Assembly (NCBI GenBank): GCA_963664705.1
Contig: OY761556.1
Span: 1,568,001 to 1,632,000, forward strand
Reading direction: 5' to 3'
Length of the DNA stretch: 64,000 nt
Source of the DNA: Acidobacteriota bacterium
Lineage (GTDB): Bacteria > Acidobacteriota > UBA6911
In this document: piece by piece, positions 32,124 to 41,931 of the stretch
How the letters are laid out: each line of letters opens with the position of its first letter
Position numbering within the stretch: position 1 is the stretch's first letter
Notes under the pieces: model-generated
Databases searched by the model: none
The model's input: only the letters and a program-made list of their open reading frames with translations
What the model was told of the DNA's origin: nothing
Program-made: the position numbers and the translations under genes

Positions 32124-34883
32124 ATGAGTACAACCTGCCAAAGGTGTAAATATGTTGCTTTTGTGATTGTGGCGTTGTTTTGCGCCACTTTGTATGCGCA
32201 GCAGTCGCCCGTGCCGTTGCCGACGGGCGTGCAGTATGTAACAAGCGTTGAAGGCATCAGTGAATACCGGCTGCAGAATGGGCTGCGCGTTCTGCTTTTT
32301 CCGGATCCTACGAAAACCAACATCACGGTCAACATCACCTATATGGTCGGATCCCGGCATGAGGATTACGGCGAAACCGGGATGGCCCATTTGCTAGAGC
32401 ACCTGATGTTCATGGGTTCGAAAAACCACACTGACATTAAAAAAGAGCTGCAGGATCATGGTACTCAACCGAACGGTTCCACTTCTTTTGACCGCACCAA
32501 TTACTTCGAAACCTTCCAGGCGACGGAGGACAATCTCAAGTGGGCGTTGGCAATGGAAGCCGACCGAATGGTGAATTCGTTCATCGCCAAGAAAGACCTG
32601 GACAGCGAAATGACGGTTGTCCGCAATGAATTTGAAATGGGTGAAAACGATCCCCTGGGAATTCTTCAGGAACGGTGTCTGTCCACGGCATTTCTCTGGC
32701 ACAATTATGGGCATTCACCCATTGGCGCCCGTTCGGATATCGAGCGCGTGCCCATCGACAGGTTGCAGGCCTTCTACCGGCATTTTTATCAGCCGGATAA
32801 TGCAATGCTGGTTGTGGCAGGGAAGATTGATGAAGCGAAAACGCTTGCCCTGGTGAACCAGTTTTATTCCCCAATTGCCAAGCCGACGCGCCAGCTGCGC
32901 GTGACTTACACGGCAGAGCCGACTCAGGATGGCGAGCGTTCGGTGACGCTGCGCCGGGTTGGCGATATCCAGGCGCTGTTTGCGCTGTATCACGTGCCTT
33001 CCGGCACACACGAGGACTTCCCGGCCGTAGAGATTGCTTCCACGATCCTGGGCGAACAGCCGGCGGGCCGCCTTTATAAGGCCCTTGTCGAGCCGGGAAA
33101 GGCTGCGGCCGTGGGCTCAGGCACATTGCGTGTGATGGATCCGGGCGTCATGCTTGCCTTTGCTGCCGTGCGCACGGAACGATCTCTGGACGATGTGCAA
33201 GCCATCATGCTTTCTCTGCTTGACGACCTCAAATCCAAGCCCTTTACCGATGAAGAGGTGAACCGCTCGAAGACACAGTTTGCCAAAGGCTTTGAGCTGT
33301 TGATGAACAATTCGCAGAATGCGGCAAGGAATCTGAGCGAATGGCAGGCGATGGGGGATTGGCGTCTTTTATTCCTGTATCGGGACCGCATCCAGAAGGT
33401 CACCCGTGCTCAGGTTCAGCAGGCTGCGGAGAAATATTTCATCGCAACGAACCGCACCCTTGGCAAGTTCTATCCGGACAATAATCCTATGCGTGCCGAA
33501 GTGCCCGCGCCTCCGGATGTGAATGCTCTTGTCAAGGACTACAAAAGCTCCGTGAAGACGGCAAAGGGCGAGGAATTCGATCCCTCGCCGGTGAACATCG
33601 ATAAGATGACGGTTCGTACCGATCTGAAGGGAGGACCAAAGCTGTCTTTTCTGGGCAAGAAATCCCGGGGTGAGCAGGTCAATTTTGTAATCGGTCTCCG
33701 GTTTGGCGACGAAGCTTCCTTGAAAGGGCGAGCCAACGAGGGCGGAATCGTTGCGCAAATGCTGATGCGTGGTACAGCCAGGCATACGCGGCAGCAGATC
33801 AAGGATGAATTCGATAAGCTCAAAGCTCAGGTCGGTATCTCGGGTAGCCCGAGTGGCGCATCGGCCACGGTTCAGACAACCAGGGAAAACCTGAAGCCCG
33901 TTCTGGATTTGCTGGCCGAAGTTTTGAAGGAGCCCACATTTCCGCAAAATGAATTCGAGGAGCTGAAACAACTGGCCCTGGCCTCGCTGGAATATCAGAA
34001 AAGTGATCCCCAGGCTATGGCCACCATGGCGGTGCAGCGTTATATATCGCCTTACCCTAAAGGCGATGTCCGTTACGTGTCTACCATGGAAGAACAGATT
34101 GAGGATGCAAAAGCTCTGGATCTGGAAAAGGTCAAAGCATTCTATAAGGATTTTTACGGCGCTTCGGACAGCCTGATTACTTTTGTTGGTGATTTCGATG
34201 ACGGCGAAACACAGAAGCAAATTTCCAGCCTTTTTGAGAACTGGAAAAGCCCGAAAAAATTTGTTCGGATAGAAAACAAATATCGCAATCTCGGGCCGAA
34301 GGCGGAGGTGTTTCAGGCACCCGACAAGCCGAACGCCATGTGGATTGGCGCTTCCGTGTTCAAGATGAGCGATGCGGATCCGGATTATGCGGCCATGACG
34401 CTGGCAGGCTACATTTTTGGAAGCAGCCCCATGAATTCCCGGCTTTTCGCCCGCATACGAAACAAGGAGGGATTGAGCTACGGTGTAGGCAGCCAGTTCG
34501 CCATTCCAACGGGCGATGATATGGGTGTGGTGTTTGCCTATGCGATCTGCGCTCCACAAAATGCTCCCAAGGTGGAGGCAATTTTTAAGGAAGAATTAGG
34601 CCTGATGCTTGAAAAGGGCTTCACAGCCGAGGAGGTCGAAGCTGCGAAGAAGAGTTGGTTGCAGCTGCAACAGGTGACCCGCGCCCAGGAGTCTAATCTC
34701 GTGGCCCTGTTGAATGCGCGACGACTCTGGGACCGGACTATGGCTTTCGATCTGGATCTCGAGAAGAAGATTGCCGCGCTGACGCCGGAGCAGTTGCAGT
34801 CCGCCGTTCGCAGGCATCTCGATCCCGCGCAGTTCAGCTTTTTCCGCGCGGGTGATTTCAAAAAGGCCAACGTTACCTGGTAA
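32124..34883 (+). CDS. M16 family zinc metallopeptidase (pitrilysin/PqqL-like)
   Basis: HLLEH (HxxEH), NGSTSFDRTNY, VVRNE and IRNKEGLSY. Confidence 0.95.
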   Translation: MSTTCQRCKYVAFVIVALFCATLYAQQSPVPLPTGVQYVTSVEGISEYRLQNGLRVLLFPDPTKTNITVNITYMVGSRHEDYGETGMAHLLEHLMFMGSKNHTDIKKELQDHGTQPNGSTSFDRTNYFETFQATEDNLKWALAMEADRMVNSFIAKKDLDSEMTVVRNEFEMGENDPLGILQERCLSTAFLWHNYGHSPIGARSDIERVPIDRLQAFYRHFYQPDNAMLVVAGKIDEAKTLALVNQFYSPIAKPTRQLRVTYTAEPTQDGERSVTLRRVGDIQALFALYHVPSGTHEDFPAVEIASTILGEQPAGRLYKALVEPGKAAAVGSGTLRVMDPGVMLAFAAVRTERSLDDVQAIMLSLLDDLKSKPFTDEEVNRSKTQFAKGFELLMNNSQNAARNLSEWQAMGDWRLLFLYRDRIQKVTRAQVQQAAEKYFIATNRTLGKFYPDNNPMRAEVPAPPDVNALVKDYKSSVKTAKGEEFDPSPVNIDKMTVRTDLKGGPKLSFLGKKSRGEQVNFVIGLRFGDEASLKGRANEGGIVAQMLMRGTARHTRQQIKDEFDKLKAQVGISGSPSGASATVQTTRENLKPVLDLLAEVLKEPTFPQNEFEELKQLALASLEYQKSDPQAMATMAVQRYISPYPKGDVRYVSTMEEQIEDAKALDLEKVKAFYKDFYGASDSLITFVGDFDDGETQKQISSLFENWKSPKKFVRIENKYRNLGPKAEVFQAPDKPNAMWIGASVFKMSDADPDYAAMTLAGYIFGSSPMNSRLFARIRNKEGLSYGVGSQFAIPTGDDMGVVFAYAICAPQNAPKVEAIFKEELGLMLEKGFTAEEVEAAKKSWLQLQQVTRAQESNLVALLNARRLWDRTMAFDLDLEKKIAALTPEQLQSAVRRHLDPAQFSFFRAGDFKKANVTW

Positions 34884-34901
34884 GCGTGGAGTGTCGAAGT
34901 G

Positions 34902-34949
34902 GTGGAATTCGTGGCAGGTCGGCAGTTGCCTTTTTGCCACGAATTCCAC
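34902..34949. terminator. Hairpin between convergent genes (probable bidirectional terminator/REP)
   Basis: GTGGAATTCGTGGCA...TGCCACGAATTCCAC is a 15-bp perfect inverted repeat. Confidence 0.6.
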
Positions 34950-34957
34950 GAGCCAAC

Positions 34958-35467
34958 CTATTTGTTCAGCTTCTTTGCATCCTCATCCTGATAGGCCACT
35001 TTCTTTCCTGAGCGGGCTTCAAGAATCCGGAGAGTTGTCCGTACTATATCCTTGCCCAACTCAAAAACAGCGACCTGTTCCTTGCCGGAATCGTCCAAAT
35101 ATCCGACGGTGATGAAATGCTTTCGCTTCTTTGACAAAAGCATGAATAACCCGACCGGACTGATCAATATAGCGGTTGCAATGGAAGCCCCCACCCTGCG
35201 GCCGACCTTTTGGCCGTATTCAATATCAATAAAGCGCTTGTATGGGATCGCATAGGCTTTATGCCTTTCATTCAAGCTATATTCAAACCTCAATTCGGTT
35301 TCGTTATCCGTATCCAGGTAGCCTTCGACCGCTTCTTTGGCTCCCAGGAAATCCTTTTCTCTTGTTGTTCCTCCGTGATAAGCAGCCTTTCGGCTTCCGA
35401 TACCGGCAAGACCAGTTGCGGCCGTTATAAATGAAAAAATCAGGCAAAGAGCGATTAATTTTTTCAT
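34958..35467 (-). CDS. Secreted hypothetical protein
   Basis: GAGGAG RBS and MKKLIALCLIFS signal peptide; internal hydrophobic segment; downstream of the kinase operon on the same strand. Confidence 0.75.
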   Translation of the reverse strand: MKKLIALCLIFSFITAATGLAGIGSRKAAYHGGTTREKDFLGAKEAVEGYLDTDNETELRFEYSLNERHKAYAIPYKRFIDIEYGQKVGRRVGASIATAILISPVGLFMLLSKKRKHFITVGYLDDSGKEQVAVFELGKDIVRTTLRILEARSGKKVAYQDEDAKKLNK

Positions 35468-35559
35468 CAAGTATCTCCTCTCATCAAGAAAGGCCAATGG
35501 CGCATTAACAACAAGCTGCCGTGCCTTCTGCCAAAGTGAATGCATCTTTGAGCGGATGA

Positions 35560-37344
35560 CTAATATTCCAATTTCCTTCTCAGATTGTTAACCAGCCGTT
35601 CCGCGATTTTTTTCGGCCCTCCCTTTTTGACAATTCCCAAAATCGGAGACTTATCGCCGGCTTCAGCCCTCCACAAAACGGTCGATCCCTTCAAATCGGT
35701 GAGGGTGGCGGATCCTATGTTATCGTCCTTCATGCCCAGGTAGCCGCCCGTAACCTTGGAGCCGGTATCCCCCAAATTTTCCACCACTTCTCCCTGAAGA
35801 ACGGCGTCAGCTTCCTCTTTGCGTGAAACAACGCGCACGCGGCCCCACAGTTGTTTTTCGATTTCTGACTTAATGAATTCATCCAACTGACCGGGCATTT
35901 TCTCAACGAAAATTTTTCGGACCTCATGCAGCGACTTCGCACCCGTCGAGGTGGAAGCGGAGGCTGGGGGTTCGGCCTTCGGGACAGTCGCAGATTCGAC
36001 AGGTTTTGGAGGCTCGCTGGCAACCAGACTGAGCGGTGGATTTAACGACACGGGAGTTGTTCGAGGCGGCTCGCCTGCCGGAGGCGCCTCCGGCCTAGAT
36101 CCCATATCTGGAATCCCCGAGCCCTTGGGATCACCCTTTGTTCCTCTTTCTTTTGGGCTGATTTTAATCTGTTCCCGGGGTAATTCGGAAGCGGGCTTAG
36201 TCTGGAATATTTCAATCGGTACCAAATCCCCGGAACTTGCAGGCTCTGCAGGCTTCGGAGGTTGGGCAACCACCAACGGCTGGCGAATCGCCTGTGTGGT
36301 TTGCGGCAATGAGGCCGCCGTTTGCATTGCTTGTTCCTGAGCAGAACGACGATGGTGGATAGCCAGGAACAATCCAGCAAAAACGATTGTCGCGCAGGCT
36401 GCAAGTCCGATCCACTTCAGCGGAAGTTCCTTCGATGCAAGAGTCGGGTCTATCGGTTGTTGTGCCGTTGCGGATATTGAGGTCGGATCCAGCCTTGTTG
36501 GCATCGTGCCTGTCCGTGCAACCGCAGCCGGCGTTCCCGTACCGGCAATCAACGCATTGCGGAATTCCTCGGCGGAGCGGAAGCGCTGATCGCGAGATTT
36601 GGCAAGCGCCTTGATCAATAAATCATTTACCCACGGCGGGTATTTGAATCCCGTATTCTGCAAAGCGGGCGGGGGCTGATTTAAATGAGCCTGCATCAGA
36701 TCATAATCGGTATTGGCTGTGAAGGGGAGTTGCCCGGAAATAGCTTCATACATCACAATCCCTACCGAATAGAGATCCGAGCGTATATCGGCCTCCTCTC
36801 CCCTGATCCGCTCAGGTGCCAGGTACTCGAGCGTCCCGATGATTCGCCCGTCGCGGGTCATTCTAGAAGATCCCAATATGCGGGCAATGCCGAAATCGGT
36901 CACCTTAACGCGTCCATTATCTGTAATCATGATGTTGGCAGGTTTTATATCGCGATGTAAAACTCCCATTGCATCGGCATGCTCCATGCCGTCCAGTGTT
37001 TGTGTGAGTATTTCTGCGACATATTGCGGGGCTAGGCGGCCGGAACGGCGCATCAGGTTTTCCAGGGTCTCGCCTCTGACAAACTCCATCACCATATAGT
37101 AATTCTCGCCTTCCCGGAAAAAGCTGTACAAAGTGGCGATGCAGGGGTGATTGAGGCGTGCCAGTGTCACTGCTTCGACTCGAAACCGTTCGATCACTTC
37201 GGGATTCCGCGCGATTTCCGCTCGCAGCATCTTGATGGCAACGGGACGCTCCACCATGACGTCAACGCCTTCGTAAACAGCGCCCATACCGCCCTGGCCC
37301 AGCTCGCGAATCACGCGATAGTTTCCTACGATAGTCCCTATCAT
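35560..37344 (-). CDS. Hanks-type Ser/Thr protein kinase with TM segment and extracytoplasmic domain
   Basis: LGQGGMG, VAIK, HRDIKPAN, DFG, APE and DLYSVG, then a TM helix, Pro-rich linker and C-terminal alpha/beta domain. Confidence 0.95.
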   Translation of the reverse strand: MIGTIVGNYRVIRELGQGGMGAVYEGVDVMVERPVAIKMLRAEIARNPEVIERFRVEAVTLARLNHPCIATLYSFFREGENYYMVMEFVRGETLENLMRRSGRLAPQYVAEILTQTLDGMEHADAMGVLHRDIKPANIMITDNGRVKVTDFGIARILGSSRMTRDGRIIGTLEYLAPERIRGEEADIRSDLYSVGIVMYEAISGQLPFTANTDYDLMQAHLNQPPPALQNTGFKYPPWVNDLLIKALAKSRDQRFRSAEEFRNALIAGTGTPAAVARTGTMPTRLDPTSISATAQQPIDPTLASKELPLKWIGLAACATIVFAGLFLAIHHRRSAQEQAMQTAASLPQTTQAIRQPLVVAQPPKPAEPASSGDLVPIEIFQTKPASELPREQIKISPKERGTKGDPKGSGIPDMGSRPEAPPAGEPPRTTPVSLNPPLSLVASEPPKPVESATVPKAEPPASASTSTGAKSLHEVRKIFVEKMPGQLDEFIKSEIEKQLWGRVRVVSRKEEADAVLQGEVVENLGDTGSKVTGGYLGMKDDNIGSATLTDLKGSTVLWRAEAGDKSPILGIVKKGGPKKIAERLVNNLRRKLEY

Positions 37345-38207
37345 CGGATCACCTCATATTGCGCTGTGTCTTTTAATACTGTTTGCCCGCCGTTTGTGGC
37401 GGAGATTACCACAACAACAAGCGTGATATTGTCGTAGCCGCCCCGATCGCGAGCTTTCTGAATCAGGTTCCTGCAAGCCGTCGCGGGCTCCATATCCCAA
37501 ACCATCCGCTTCATCTCGGCGTCGGAAACAAGATCGTGTAAACCGTCGGAGCAAAGCAGGAAGACATCGCGAGGCTTGACCATCATGGATTCCGGCCAAG
37601 CCATCAATGTCAGGTCTTCGCGGGTGCCCATGGCATGAGTCAAAACATTGCGGTCCGTGTGATGCCTCGCTTCATCCAGCGTAAGCAATCCTTTGCGGAC
37701 CATTTCCATGCATTGTGTATGATCCTCCGAAAGCTGGTAAATCTCCCCTTCCCGCACCAGATAAAGCCGGCTATCTCCTACATGAACGGCCCAAAGCTGA
37801 AGCCCCTCAATGACGATAGCGGTGCATGTCGTCCCCATGCCTGCCAGCGCGGGATTTTGTTTTGCCTGCTTTCGGATTGCCAGATGGGCCTTGTGAAACG
37901 CTTTTTCCAGCGCTTCTCCCGGATTTCCCTGAAGTATTGAATATTCCCGCTCCACTGTTTCCACGGCAATGCGGCTGGCCACTTCGCCTGCCCGGTAGCC
38001 GCCCATACCATCGGCCACAATTGCAAGCAAGCTATGCTCTGCTTTGCTGCCGCCATGGACGTGGACGATCCTGGCGTTATCTTCATTGGATTGCCGGCAG
38101 CATCCCGGATCGCTCAGCATGCAGGCTACCGGTTCGCCTATCTCTGACGCGTCCGGCTTTGCCGCAATTTCGCCGGACTTTTGCTTGTCTTTGCGGGTCC
38201 AGAGCAT
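37341..38207 (-). CDS. PP2C/Stp1-type Ser/Thr phosphatase
   Basis: NED, VADGMGG, GMGTT, HVGDSR, LCSDGL and GGYDNIT. Confidence 0.95.
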   Translation of the reverse strand: MLWTRKDKQKSGEIAAKPDASEIGEPVACMLSDPGCCRQSNEDNARIVHVHGGSKAEHSLLAIVADGMGGYRAGEVASRIAVETVEREYSILQGNPGEALEKAFHKAHLAIRKQAKQNPALAGMGTTCTAIVIEGLQLWAVHVGDSRLYLVREGEIYQLSEDHTQCMEMVRKGLLTLDEARHHTDRNVLTHAMGTREDLTLMAWPESMMVKPRDVFLLCSDGLHDLVSDAEMKRMVWDMEPATACRNLIQKARDRGGYDNITLVVVVISATNGGQTVLKDTAQYEVIR

Positions 38208-39446
38208 CTAATGATCCTTTCTGGATTTCAGAACATAGGTATAGACGCTCCGCTCGCTCACATCAAATTGAATGGGCAGATCCTCAAAGCCATCACGTCG
38301 CAGTATCAAGTCCACATTTTCACCGACATGTGCCTTTATCTGAAATGGCGTCACTCCGACGGGCCTTTCTTCGCGGAGGACCTGAGCGGCTCCGTCCATA
38401 GTATCCACTGTAATGGTTTTAATGCCGCCCTCCAAACCGGGATAGTGAGCAGAGACGGCGTCTCCTTCGTTGATTTCTGTATGAATCGCTGTGGCGCCGG
38501 GGACATTCTCCGGAGTGCCTTTTCTTCCGAAGAGTCCATAGGATATTGCTATGACGACCAGCAGGACGGCGACTGAAATCCATGCCCAGGTTCGACGGAC
38601 ACGAGAAATCCACGTCGGCTGGGCCGGGACCGCTCGCTGCCCGACAGCCGATAGTTCCTGAAAGAGCTCAAAAGCGGTAGCGTAGCGACGGGAAGGTTCT
38701 TTCTGCAAACAGCGAACGACAATTCTACTGATGACGTCCGGCACATTCGGCCTCATCTGTTGAACAGGAACGTAGTCGGCCGAAAGTATCCGCTGATAGA
38801 TCTCGTGTGTTGTATTTGCCTCGAAGGGGAGATGCCCTGTGAGCAGCTCATAGAACAGCACGCCGAGCTGCCACACATCGGTGGGGAAGCCGGCCGACTC
38901 ACCGCGGACCTGTTCGGGTGCGAGCGACTCTGTAGTTCCCACGACAGAGCCCATGTGCGTCAAGCGGTCGGAGCGCTGGTGCCGCGCAATGCCGAAATCG
39001 AGAATTTTGACCTGGCCTGACTTGCTTATCTTGATATTGCTGGTTTTCAAATCGCGGTGAACGACTCCCTGGGCATGAAAGTGGGCAATGCCGGATGCGA
39101 CTTCACGAAGAATGCGAGCGGCTTCGACGGGAGGCAAGGCGCCTCGCTCCCGGACAATGGACGACAGCGTTTCGCCGTTGACATATTCCATCAGGATGCA
39201 GGGGCGCCCCTGGTACTCATAAAATCCCAGATACTCCGCCACGCTGGGGTGCTTAAGGCTAGCCTGGATGCTGGCTTCGTTATAGAACCGCTGCAAGGCT
39301 GGTCCGTCGGTCATGTTAGGCGAAAGTACCTTTACCGCGATCACACGGCCGAGATGCGTGTGCACGGCCTTGTACACCTCGCCCATACCCCCAGCCCCCA
39401 GGAGCTCCTCCAGTCGATATTCCCCGATCAAGGCGTTTGTCAACAT
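38208..39446 (-). CDS. Hanks-type Ser/Thr protein kinase with TM segment and PEGA-like domain
   Basis: LGAGGMG, HRDLKTSN, DFG and APE; TM helix; GAAQVL...VGVTPF...LRRDGFE is PEGA-like. Confidence 0.92.
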   Translation of the reverse strand: MLTNALIGEYRLEELLGAGGMGEVYKAVHTHLGRVIAVKVLSPNMTDGPALQRFYNEASIQASLKHPSVAEYLGFYEYQGRPCILMEYVNGETLSSIVRERGALPPVEAARILREVASGIAHFHAQGVVHRDLKTSNIKISKSGQVKILDFGIARHQRSDRLTHMGSVVGTTESLAPEQVRGESAGFPTDVWQLGVLFYELLTGHLPFEANTTHEIYQRILSADYVPVQQMRPNVPDVISRIVVRCLQKEPSRRYATAFELFQELSAVGQRAVPAQPTWISRVRRTWAWISVAVLLVVIAISYGLFGRKGTPENVPGATAIHTEINEGDAVSAHYPGLEGGIKTITVDTMDGAAQVLREERPVGVTPFQIKAHVGENVDLILRRDGFEDLPIQFDVSERSVYTYVLKSRKDH

Positions 39447-39474
39447 AGCCTTGGTCTCCCGGCTTTGACGGGTT

Positions 39475-41190
39475 TTACTGTTGAGCGGCAGGCTTGACGC
39501 CCATCAATTCAATGCCATAGCGAATGGGGACGGCGCCGCTTGCATTTGCGTCCGCATGAATTCCCAGGGTGTAGATGCCTACCACTCTGCCTTGAGCATC
39601 AAACATCGGCCCGCCGCTATTGCCGCCCCCCGTGGAGTTGATGGTCAGCTGATAATAGTCGCCGGCGAAAACAGCCCCTTCCGTAATGGCAGTCGCCCCC
39701 CTCAAAATACGGCCGATATTTCCCGCCGAGAGAGTCGGATCCGGGATTTCTTTTACGCTGACCTGCTGGTTTAGAACATCGCGGGAAGCAGCCACGCCCA
39801 AAACCTTATCTGAAAAGCCCGGATACCCCAACACAACGACCTGATCTCCAACCTTGATAGTGTCGTAATTATCGCTCAGCTCGACTTTCTTCAATGTCTG
39901 CGGAATCTCGATCTTGACCATGGCTACATCGTTCCGATCCGATACACGCGCCAGCTTGGCAGGAATGCGGATGCGGTTCTTGGCGAAGGCAACGTCCAGA
40001 TAATCGTTTCGACCCTCCAGTGCCTTGCCACGCGGCATAATGGCAGGAAGCGAGCGCAGGGTAGCGAGATCAAGGGACGAAGACGTAACAACCTTGGCCT
40101 GCGAGGGAATCCATCGGGGGAAATCCTGATTTGAAATGGCCTTTATCTGTACCTTCCCTTTTTCGCCGCTTACCAAAACCAATCCCGCGCGAGCCGGAAA
40201 ATCATAAATGGCATGCCAGGCGGCCGCCACATGACGGTTGGTTAGAATAAATCCATCGTTGCTGACCACAAAGCCGCTGCCGGAATGATTGCCTCCGATG
40301 GCTTGATTCTTGCCGCCGTTATCATCGGTGGACAGGAGCGGTTCATACTTGCCGTCCTGAACAAGGAAAACCGGCAGCATGACATCGCCGAGCCCCTGCG
40401 CCAGTTCTGTCTCCTGCTGTTTTCCATTTTCCCCCTTTACCTTTTGCACATTGGGGACAGCCACATGATAGAGCTGTTTTCCGGTAGAGGTATCCACCAG
40501 CACCCAGCCCACCTCGAACAAAACTGTGGAATCGGTGTTCGCCTGTGCGATCTGGGTAGGGGTGAGCCCGTTGGGGGCAAGCTTCTGTTCAATTCTCTGA
40601 ATAACGGGTTGGGGCTTGGTAAAGTATAGCCATGCGGCAACAGCCGCCACGATTACCAGAACCGCGGCAATCGCCCAATACGTTATTTTCTGGCTCTGCT
40701 TTTTTGTCTCAAAGATCATCCGTTCCACGGTAGCCTTGCCCACCGTTGCGGACTGCGGGTTCGCAGCCGTTGAAGCCTCTCGTGTGGGCGAAACGCTGGT
40801 ATAGGTTGGGATGATCGGGCTGTCCGCCAGACGCGTGGGTTTTACCATGCTGGCAGGACGTGGAGTGATGTCGAATTCGAATTCCGGTCCGCCGGGGCCC
40901 AGCCGGATGAGATCGCTGCAGTTCAGCTTTACCGGTCCAAAAATCCGCTGATTGTTGACGAATGTCCCGTTCCGGCTCCCCAGATCCTCAATCGTGTAAT
41001 CTGCCGGATCGCCGGCGGAAGCAGTGATTTTTGCATGCCGACGGCTGACGAGATCATTGTCAGGATCAAATTTCACATCACAAGAGGGGTCACGGCCTAC
41101 AGTCAGTTCCCGCTTTTGGGCTACGGGAAATTCTTCCATTTGCCCCGATTTTGCTGCATGAAGGTGTTTCACGAGAATGCGCGATTCCAT
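39475..41190 (-). CDS. FHA domain - TM - trypsin-like serine protease
   Basis: FHA motifs VGR, VSRRHA and DLGSRNGTFVN; TM WAIAAVLVIVAAVAAWLYF; trypsin motifs GSGFVV, TNRHV, NDVAM and GNSGGP. Confidence 0.92.
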   Translation of the reverse strand: MESRILVKHLHAAKSGQMEEFPVAQKRELTVGRDPSCDVKFDPDNDLVSRRHAKITASAGDPADYTIEDLGSRNGTFVNNQRIFGPVKLNCSDLIRLGPGGPEFEFDITPRPASMVKPTRLADSPIIPTYTSVSPTREASTAANPQSATVGKATVERMIFETKKQSQKITYWAIAAVLVIVAAVAAWLYFTKPQPVIQRIEQKLAPNGLTPTQIAQANTDSTVLFEVGWVLVDTSTGKQLYHVAVPNVQKVKGENGKQQETELAQGLGDVMLPVFLVQDGKYEPLLSTDDNGGKNQAIGGNHSGSGFVVSNDGFILTNRHVAAAWHAIYDFPARAGLVLVSGEKGKVQIKAISNQDFPRWIPSQAKVVTSSSLDLATLRSLPAIMPRGKALEGRNDYLDVAFAKNRIRIPAKLARVSDRNDVAMVKIEIPQTLKKVELSDNYDTIKVGDQVVVLGYPGFSDKVLGVAASRDVLNQQVSVKEIPDPTLSAGNIGRILRGATAITEGAVFAGDYYQLTINSTGGGNSGGPMFDAQGRVVGIYTLGIHADANASGAVPIRYGIELMGVKPAAQQ

Positions 41191-41862
41191 GGGACCTCCT
41201 AGCCGGTTTTTTATTGGTATTGCTTTTGGAATAGCAGGCTACTTGCATAGGAAATTAGCTGCTGTAGCACGCAAGAAGTTGGGTTTATGGCTTTGATTCC
41301 TGGAGGGACTATACTCCAGTCATGTCGATAAAGTAAAGGACCGATGCGGCTGCTAATATTATTAAATATATACGTTTACGAGTATGTATAGGGAATAGCA
41401 AATTTGTATACATGATTGCCTTATATTAATGGCCAAGAGTTGATTGAATTGTGAAATTAGTTGAATTTATTGGCGGGTTTTCAGCTTAATTGGTGCCACG
41501 AATTACACAAATTGCACGAAGTTTTCACATTTCCGCAATCCCGATTGGTTGTTTCACTCTCCTGTTCATTGGATATACGTAGTTTTTTCGAGAACCGCTT
41601 TGTGTGCCAAGGGCGTGTAGCCAAGGAGCTTTGCTGCCTGGGGATTGCAGAAAAGGAGTGCGAGGGTTCTGCATGGCCACAACAAAGCTAAAACCGATAG
41701 ATACACTCCTAGAATTCGAACTTAATCGGCGGGGCACAGGCTTGCCATTACCAAATCTTACCGTGGCGAATTCGCCTATATTGGAAGCGGAATTGAGGGC
41801 ACTAGTTGGCTGGGGACGCGATCGCCTAAATGAATAGTACTAAAATATACGTTATTTGTGCT

Positions 41863-41889
41863 GCAGTGATTTGCCCGGTTTGCCGATAA
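41863..41889 (+). promoter_or_regulatory. Putative sigma28 (FliA) promoter
   Basis: Perfect -10 GCCGATAA at 41882-41889 and a weak -35 (GCAG) with a 15-nt spacer, ~40 nt before a chemoreceptor gene. Confidence 0.5.
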
Positions 41890-41931
41890 CAAACGCGTTC
41901 TAAGGTTAGAACACTATAAGGAGCGGAAACT

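Noticed and set aside
25095-34559. Long antisense ORFs (25095..26156, 26931..28385, 33369..34559)
   Set aside because: They are shadows of strongly supported genes on the opposite strand and have no recognisable motifs.
41461-41837. Short ORFs in the AT-rich region between the FHA-protease and chemoreceptor genes
   Set aside because: They have no RBS or motifs; this is more likely a divergent promoter region.
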